Part shown: positions 16,260 to 25,200 of the stretch, piece by piece | How the letters are laid out: every line of letters begins with the position of its first letter | How positions within the stretch are numbered: position 1 is the first letter of the stretch | Source of the DNA: a virus | Taxonomy: Duplodnaviria; Caudoviricetes | Virus record (IMG/VR): IMGVR_UViG_3300037043_000091 | Coordinates: 7,526-71,525 of that record | DNA length: 64,000 bases | Reading direction: 5' to 3' (one strand) | Position numbers and translations under genes: made by a program | Notes under the pieces: generated by a model | The model's database searches: none | What the model was told of the DNA's origin: nothing | What the model saw: the letters and a program-made list of their open reading frames with translations, nothing else

Positions 16260-19200
16260 CTACTGTATTCCAAGAAAATTGTAAGGATTCTTTTTCTCCC
16301 TCCTGTTTAGAGGTTCTCTACCCAGCCGGTCATTTTCCTTCTGGATGAGCCGGACCATGGCCACGTCAACCGTGTCGATGTCCTGCATTTCCCTTGTAGG
16401 CCTTTGGATTCCAAGAGCGGCCAGGTTGTTGAACTTGGTGGCCTTCTCGGTAAGTTTCAGGTCGTGAATCAGGTCTGCAACCTTATCAGCGCCCATTTCC
16501 CGGAGAACCGGGTCCAGGGCCTCACGATTCCGGATCAAGATTTCAGGGTTGGCGCTGGCAATCTTCTTCAGGAAATATGGCTGCCACAGTCCCCGCTCCT
16601 TTTCGGTGGCTTCTTTCCATGCCCGGATTTGCCACTCCACGGGCAGGGCCACAAACCTGCCCAGCCCGGCGGGCGCCTGGGACTCGGCCACGATGGTCTT
16701 GATCTGTTGGCGGGACAAGTCGCCCGCGGTCATAGCTTCCTTGGCCTTCTCTTTGAACCCCTCCACGTCGCCCTGTTGCGCCAGTTCCCGTAATTCCCTC
16801 TTGAGCAGCTTTTCTTCGGCCACCTGTTTTGAGGTCATGGTGGCCCGGTTCTGCTTGTTGTACTCGTCAATGACGTTCATGGCCGCCGTGTTGGAGTAGG
16901 CCCTGGGGACTTTGGTGATACCGATAAGATTCAGAGCCCGGGCCTTGGGGGCGTCCGTGGCCAGGTAGCCCTGGATTCCGAAAGGTAGCAGGGTTTTCCC
17001 GACGTATTCTCCGGTCTGGACAACCTGGGTCCCCAGGGTTGCGTAGGGGTCCCGGATTTGTTCGCCAAAGAAGTCCTGGTTATCGGTGAGGGCGGAGAAC
17101 ATCCGCAACGGGAAATTCAGCTTATGCTTTACCATTTCAACCGGGTGCGCCAGGCCTAGAACGTCCCGCATATAGGTCGGGAGCCGTAGGCGCTCGGGCT
17201 GGCCATTCGGCATCAGCGAACCGGTGCGGGGCATAAAGAGGTCCTTCATGTCCTCCGGCCAGTCACCAGCGAGAAGCCTCTGCGCCAAAGCGCCGGCCAC
17301 GGCCATGATGAGCGCCGTGCCAAGGTAGAACTCCATGCTCATGCGGTTCTGCCGGCTCATTTCTTCCCAGGAAGGCATCTTCCCCCGGAGAAGATCGGCA
17401 CCGGCCTGCTTAGTCTGCCCGGCGATGTGGGCCAGGCCCTTGCCAGCCTGCAAAATATCGGTGAAAGACCCGATGTTCCAGCCGGGAAACCCTACAAAGA
17501 GCCGGAGGGCGTCCCTCATGCCCCGCTTCATGGAGAGGTTGTCATAGACCATCTGGCCGAAGATGTTGTCGTGTTTCCGCATCACCTCTTGGGCCAGGCT
17601 AACCAGGTCTTGTTCGGACAGCGACTTGCCGGCGTTTTCTGCAATCTTCAACTCCATTTGAAGGGTGCGTAGTGCGGAAGCTATTTTCAGCCGTGGGACA
17701 AGCTGCCCCATGATCGGCCAGGCCATAGCCTCCACCACCTTCCGGGGCATCCCGCTGACCTCATCAAGAACCTCCGCAAACGACTTTGACAAGGTGTTAA
17801 GGTCCGCCTGGCTCGGCTTCTTGAAGGTGTCAAGCATCTGCTGATAGGTCTTTAACTGCTGGCGCATCCCGCCTTTGGTCAGCAAATCCATGAGTTTCGA
17901 GAGTTCCGTGTCGCCCTGTGACCCGGGAACCGAGTATTCACCGGCTGCCTTGCCGCCCAGCTTGTATTGCGTCGGGATGTCAAAGGTTCTGCCGACTTCA
18001 GCCAGGTAGTGACCGGCCAGCCCCATCCTTCCGGTCATGGCGGCGCCTACGGCCCGGGTGATGTTGATCCCGGTCCCCAAGGCCATGGAAGAAATCAGGC
18101 TGAAGGTGGCATGGAAGGCGCTCAGACCCACCATGATAGTGTTAATGAAGGACGTCGGGGTGTTGTAGAATTTATAGAGGACGTTTTTCCCGATCCCTTT
18201 GGACAGGAAGTTCTCCAGCACCCGGGCAACGTCGGAGTGGGCGTAGTAGCCTTCCAGCGTCTTGTCGCCCTTCAGGGCTTCCCAGCCCGGCGTCGGTTTT
18301 CTGGTGATAAACTCTGAGTCCTTCAGGTCTTTTTCGATATACTTGCCAACCACGAACCTGAATTGCTCATAGAGGTTGGCCTTCATCATATTGACGTAGT
18401 TATTGTCCAGGGGCTCCAGGCCCAGGCCCCCTTTCTCCTTCACCATCAGGTCGGCCAGGGACTTGTCCGTGAAGTTTTCAATCACCTGGTCTTCCTTTTT
18501 GCCATAGAGGTCCACCTGGACCACATCGAAAGTGCCGTTCTCTCCGGACCGGACCTCCAGCTTCGGCTTGACCGAATCAGAGAACAGCTTCATGGTCCGC
18601 ATCTTCTTGAAACTTTCCGTCCCCGTCAGCCCCCGGCTTTGTGACCCGCGGAGGGCTGCCTGGATCACCTGGCTGGCCAGTTCCGGGTTCTTGAATAGAC
18701 GAGGGAAGTATTCGTCCCAATAGGCTGTTTCGGTGTCGGGAGCGGTCTTGCCGGCGGCCTTGGCATCCTCTGCCGCCTGTTCCTTCAGCAAAGACCGAGT
18801 GGCATGAATACCGTCGGCCAGGGCGCGCCAGGCCTGGGCTGCCTCCAGCAAGGTGGGGTCGAAGCGCCCTTCCTCTGCCATTTTTTTGAGGTCTTCAATT
18901 TTGGTGGTTTCAACCGTGTTGGTGAAGTCCAGCAAATCATCACGGGTCATTTTGTTGAAGCGGTCGTAGTATTTGTCCAGAATCGTGGCGGCCTTCTCCA
19001 TTTCCCGTGCGCCCCAGCCCAGCCACCGGATGATGCTCGACTGAACCAGTTCGGCTTTTTTGGAAAGGTTGGCTGCAGAACCCATTTCACGGAGAGCCCG
19101 GAGAATTGAGGGCTTGGGCGGCGCCTCTATCGTTCCCTCCGGACCTGGCCTCTCTGGCACCCCCAGGAGGCCCTCCGGGATAGCGGTTTCGGTGCCGGCA

Positions 19201-22200
19201 GGAAGCACGGCCCTCTCGGGCTTGAAGAACCGTTCCCAGAGGTCAGCCTTGGTCAGAAGGACGTTCTTGCCCTTGACGTTCACCACGGCGTTCCCGGCCC
19301 GGGTTCCGACGTACCGCTCTCCCTCGTAGAGGGGGATGTCCCGCCCTCCGGGGCCCGTCAATTCCTTCCAGAGTTTGCCCTGGTTCTCATCCAGCTTGAT
19401 CTCGAACTCTTTCTGGCTCATGGGAACCGCGGAAATGACGTATGGCTGGCGTTCTTCCCCCGGCTCCAGGGAGAAGGTGGACCCATCTACGGTCTTGGAA
19501 GTGCCGATGACCTTGAAGGTGTTCCGGTTCCGGCTCCCGTCATAAGCCTTGCTGGCCTCCCGGATCGCTTCTTCCAGGGTGTTAGCAATCTCATGGCCGG
19601 AAGGCGCACGGCCTTCCGTGTCCGTCCCGAGGATGTTTCCCATGCCGTCCCTGGGAGTATCCCCGCCCCACTTGTCCAGGTAGGTGATCTGCCACTTGCC
19701 CTTCAGCCCCGGGTAGGTGGAGCGGTGGATAAGAATCTGCTTGTTGGGGTCCGTCGTGGACTGCATCCTGACGCCGGAGGGTTTCTCCCCGGCCAACTTG
19801 ATGTTCTCGTCAGCCCAGGCTTTTTGTTCGGCCTGGATTTTCTCCAGCTTGGCCTGGAAGGCGGCGAACCCCTTTTCTTCCTCTACGCTAAAAAGAGGCT
19901 CTTGGGTGAGGGTGCGCTTGCCGACCTTGCCCTTGGTTTCTTCCGGGGCCGTCCGTAAATGGGAAAATTCGTCAGACTTGATGAGCCTATCGGCATCTAT
20001 TTTATGAGAGCCGAATGGCGTGTCCACGGTCGCCGTGTTGCCTTCCAGCCCGACAACCTTAACCCAGGTCATTCCATGGGGCCGCCCCAATGGAGCCCTG
20101 ACTTCATCCCCGATTCTGATTGCCCCGGCTTTCGTGGCTACAAAATCCTCTTTTGACAACACCCCTTCTTCAATGGAATTTTTGGAGTCGATCAGCATGG
20201 CCGCATATTCCCTGGCCTTCTTTTCGTCCCCGATCCTGCTCCTTAATTCTGGCCTCCCATTCACTTCTATAACCCAGGCCGCATTTCTTATCCCAAGGCT
20301 GCCCGACTGCCGCCAACCGAAAACGGTGCGCCCATCTTTGTCATAGCCAATTACCGAATCAAGAGGGCGCTTTGCCTGCCCTTTCCGGTTAAAGTTCAAC
20401 TTTCCCGGGTCAACCTCCAGGGGCGGGCCCCGGATTTCCTGCAACTTCTCTGGGGCTTCAGCAAACTTAGCGCCTGGGTAGGGGGCCAGGGCGGCCCGGG
20501 CGTCCTTGGGCCAAAGCGCCTGTGACAGGTCGATTTCTTCACCGTGCAAGTCTTTCCGGGTCAAGCCGTTGGCCAGGTCAGCGGCCACCTCGCTCTGGAC
20601 CGCCCGGTCACCGAGAGGCTTCAGCCCGACTCCTTCCCTGATTTTGTTGAGGGCGTCCTTGTAGGCCTGGAACTCATAGGACCTCGTATTGATAGCGTTA
20701 ATCAGCTTGAGGGCCTTGGGGTCGTCGGCCTTCTCGTCCAGGTGAAAAATCTCATGGCCCCAGCTTTGCTCATGGGTGCCGCGGACGCTGCCCTTCTCGG
20801 ACACCACCAGGGTGTAGCCTCCCTCGGTCCTGGGGACCAGGACGGCGGAAAAAGGCGCTTCGGCAACGGTGATGACTTCGTGGACATCGGTACGCTTGTC
20901 CACGACTTCCCGGATCGCCTGCACCTTGGGGGAGTTGGCAAACTCGTCGCTGCCCGGCTCTACGCCTTCCCAGAGTCCGGCTTCTTGGGCGATGTACCCA
21001 TCAGCTTCTGGATTGCGTCGGGATTCGATATATGCCAGTTCCCTTGCTCGTCTTTGTGCATCTTGGGATAGATCACCAGTCCCGACGGCGTTACCAGCCT
21101 GACGGTCGGGGGGGACGCCTGCTGCTTCTTGGGCATTTGCTTCTGCCTCCTTGTTGGCGGCTACCCTTGCCGCCCGTTTCTCAGCTACCCTTGCTGCTGC
21201 ACCGGCATTTGATTGCTGGCGCAAGGGGATGAGTTCCATCTGCAATTTGTGCATCTGTTCCCGTTCTTCGTCGGTCATCCAATCGTATTCAGAAGGGGAA
21301 AGACCTTTGTTGGGGCTGGGGCTCTCGTCCCGCCGCTTCGTGGCCGCGGCGATGATTTTGTCCATGTCCCTGATAATATCGGCCTCAGTCCTGGGCTTGG
21401 CAGCCCTGGCGCCAGGCGGTAGCACGGCCCGGGGTGAATCGTCAAACAGGCCACCGGCCGGACCAACGCTTTCACCGAATAGCCCCGCCTGGGCCGGACC
21501 CTTTGCCTTTGCGGCTTGCGCCTGGCGGACCCCGGCGATGGCGCTGGCTGCCATGACCTTGGCAGCGGTTTCCTTCTCCGTTGTAGCCAATAGGGCGATT
21601 TGCTCATCGGTAGCCTTGGGCTGCGCCCGGAGCGTCATGGCCGCCCGTTGGGGGTCGGCCTTTGGGTATTCCTCCAGGATGTTCTTTAAGCGCTGCTCGA
21701 ATTTGGTGAGGGGCCGGCGGTTTGCAATCAGGCTCAACTCATTGAGGTCGTACATCGGCTGGCCCTGGTAGAGGACCGATTCCACCATGGACTCCGTGGC
21801 CTCAATTCCGTGAACGCCCTGGTAACCGCTGGAGAAAACCAAGTCGCCACCAAAATAATGGGCCAGAGTTTGTGAACCGTATTTGCTCATGGCCTCGCTA
21901 AACTTACGCTTATAGTTGGAACCAAACGTGTCAGCACGAAGATACCCGTTTGCAGTCAGGGCTTCATAGACTTTTTGTGCCTGTTTTCTGATTTCCAAGC
22001 CAAGGCGCTGATCTTTAGTGGCATCCTCAATTTCTTTTGGGGGCGGTGGCTCTTTTGTGTACTGTTGCCCCGATTGGCCGGATTCGATCTCAACCGGTCC
22101 CACCTGGGATTTCCATTGCTTGGCATACCCGGCGAGAAATTTCTTCGGGGCCTTATCGTAGATGAGTTCAAAGAACTCTTTCCGGGGCAACATGGAGCCT

Positions 22201-25200
22201 TCCGGCTCCGCCTGCATCTTCTCCCAAACCCGGTCAGTCAGCTTGTCAATCTCACCCGGGGTCCGTTCCCGGTTAAGGACCCGTCCCAGGATTTCCCTCA
22301 GTCCGCTTTTATCTCTTACGAAACTGCCCCGGTTCTCCAGAAGGTGACCGCGTTCCCGGGCCATGTCTTCAATGGTCTGAAGGACTCCATCGGCCCCGGC
22401 CCCCATGTCGCCTTGATACTGCTCCGTGGCGGAAACAAGAAAAGCGCCAGGAGGTCCCGCCTTGGGGTATTCCAGGTGGGGATTATAATCCTCGCCGGCG
22501 GCCTCAAAAATATTGGCGTAAGCCTCGCGTCCACCGGAGGCCCCGTCTTCAATCAGGTCTTCGATGGCTTGGGCTCGGTCAAAAAACATTCCCCCCTCGC
22601 CGTCGTCTTTCCAGTAATCCTCCCTCCCCAACGGGTCACCGTTAAAGTCCAGAGAAATCAGGTCTTCAGCGCCAAGAGCCTGGATCAGTTGGGTGTCGGT
22701 AAACTGCGCTATTTTTTGCTCCGGGTCCCTGGTGAAGCGCCAAACCGCTTCGTGTTCGCCCCCCGCACCGGCCCTGCCGTACCCGATAACCTGGTCACCG
22801 TCCATAATATGGTAAAGGTCATTGGCAAGGAATTTAGCGGTATAGTTTTTCGCATAATCTGGAATCGCCGGCTTCACCTGGGGACCGGCCTCCGGTTTCT
22901 GCCAGTCGATCCGGTCAGAACCCCAGCGCTTGAACTGCTGCTGGCCCGTGGTCCAGGCGACCCCCTTGTAGTTCCGCTCGGCGGCGTACCGGAGCAGCCA
23001 CTTTATCACGTACTCATGCCAGGTGTTCGGCATCGGGTGCTGGGGAACCCCACTAAGCCCGTCCTTGAAGTACATTTCAGCGCCACGGACGGCATCGTCT
23101 TTTGTTTCATATAATCCGCCGGGGCCGGACTCCAAATCTTCCCAGCCTTCCTCCCCCGGGAACAAAACCGAGTAGTGCGTAGCGTCAGCGTCGGGAACCT
23201 CGACCCAATCCCCTTCGGTTTTGGGGTGAGTTATGCGGTAGCCGCTTTGATCGTTCTGTGTTCTCTCTATCAGTTCGTTGCGGGTAACAATTCGGTTCTG
23301 GACAGCGGGGGGCAAATCATCAAACTCTTGCCCCGGCTGGTATTCCGCGTCGTTCTGGTCGACCAGTTCATTGATCCGGTCTTCGATCTGCTGCTCTATG
23401 AAACGGGATGCTTCCTTGTGGCTGTTAAATTCACCCAGCTTGGCGGGTTCTTGTCCTGCCATTAAGCCTTCAACCTTAAACTTCCCGCCTTCTTCGGGCT
23501 CAACATACCGATACCCTTGCAACTTCAGTTCACCGGCGTCCAGCCTCTCCTGAATACTCCTGGCATATCCCTGGTGGCGCCCAGCCGCCGCCCAATCCGA
23601 CTGAAAATCGCCATTGACCACCAGCCAGATGTTGCCGGCCCGGTCCTTATAGAGGGCGAACCGAACATGGGCCACCGGATTCTGCTCGTCCCAATGGCTG
23701 TGTTTGTAACCGGCTCCTTTGGGGAGTGTGTATGCCTTATTGATAGCGATGTTCTGCTGGCTTCTTATGTCGTCAAGGTCGTCACGGTACACCTGGGCCT
23801 CCCTGGTTAACCGCGTCCTTTTAATCACGCCCTCCCAATTATAGTTTGGGTCCCAGACCTTCAGGGTCTTGAGCCACATTTCGCTGACGCCCTTGGCGGT
23901 GGACATCAATTCCCTGATAGCGATGGGGCCGTTCCCCTCGTTTTGTGGGGCGGGTGCTTCCGGCTCGGGGATCGTGGGGTTCCCCATGCCGTCGAGTTCT
24001 ACTGCCTTTTCCCATGCTTCGTGTTCTTTTTTCCACGCTTTCAGGGCGGCCACGTTTTTTTCGTGAATCAGGTCGTCCACATGGGCCATGGCTTCCTTGA
24101 TGGTAGGCCCGGCCTCCTTGGCCTGACTTTCCAGGTTTTCAATCCTGATGCGGAGGCTGTCTATCTTTGGACGGTATCGTGCAGCGGCAGCTTCCCGCGC
24201 TGCCATGCCTTCAGGCGACGGGCGCTGGGGGTCAAGCGTCATCACCACTTCGGTGTAAGTATCAGGAATGGCCCCGGGGAGTTGATATCGGGCATATTTG
24301 GTGGCGGACGGGCGCCTCCTGGTCATTAACTCTCTGGCCTGCGCCCGGTAATCGTCGATCACACCCCGCGCTTCGGCAAGAGCCAACCAGTTGAAATCTG
24401 GAGCCTGGAACCGTGCTTCTTCAATCCGCGAGTCATGGTCTGGGTGGCTACCATCAATCATTGCCGCCATGGCATTGGCCCGGTCCACCTGGGAGTAGCC
24501 GGCTGCATGGAGGGCCGCGTGGCCATTGGCAATCAGTTCCGATAAAAACGCCTCACGCTCGTCGGCCTTCTGGGTGAGTTCGTTTATGCGGAACATTTCC
24601 GTGGGACCCGGAGGTGCGTTCTGGTCCCCGCCCTTAAAAACATCCGTAATATGCGGCTCACTCGTTCCCAAATACTCGAGTATTTGTCGCTTCGTGATGT
24701 GCGCCGGCTTCGGTTTGCCTGTGATGGCAAGCCCCTGTTTGTCCACGGCCTCCAGCTTCTTGGCTTGGGCCTTGATCCAGGGAATCACCCCGGACAGGAG
24801 CAGTTCGTCCTTCTTGTACTCGCCATGGGAGAAGATCGGCTCACCCTTCTTGTTCTTGCCGATCTCCTTCATGCCGGCCCAATTTTCCAGCAAGTCGATC
24901 GTTTCTTGCGGCGTCCCGCGGCCGGGGAGTTTTGCTTCGATGTGGCGCTGCATCTTGGAGAAGAAGGGCGCTGCAATAGTGCCAGCCGTCCCCTCGGCAT
25001 TGTCGTAATCCAGCCCTCCGTGCTTCTTGGCATAGGCGGCCGCTTCCGCCTCAGTTTTGAACCGCCTTATTACCTTGCCGTCCCTGGGGTTAAAGACCTC
25101 CCAGGGAGTTTTTTCAACGGGATTCAGGTCGAAGAAGTAATCTTCTCCCTCATCCCTAATGGGTTCGTACTCGCCTTCGTTTTGGATCGCCTCTCTTTCA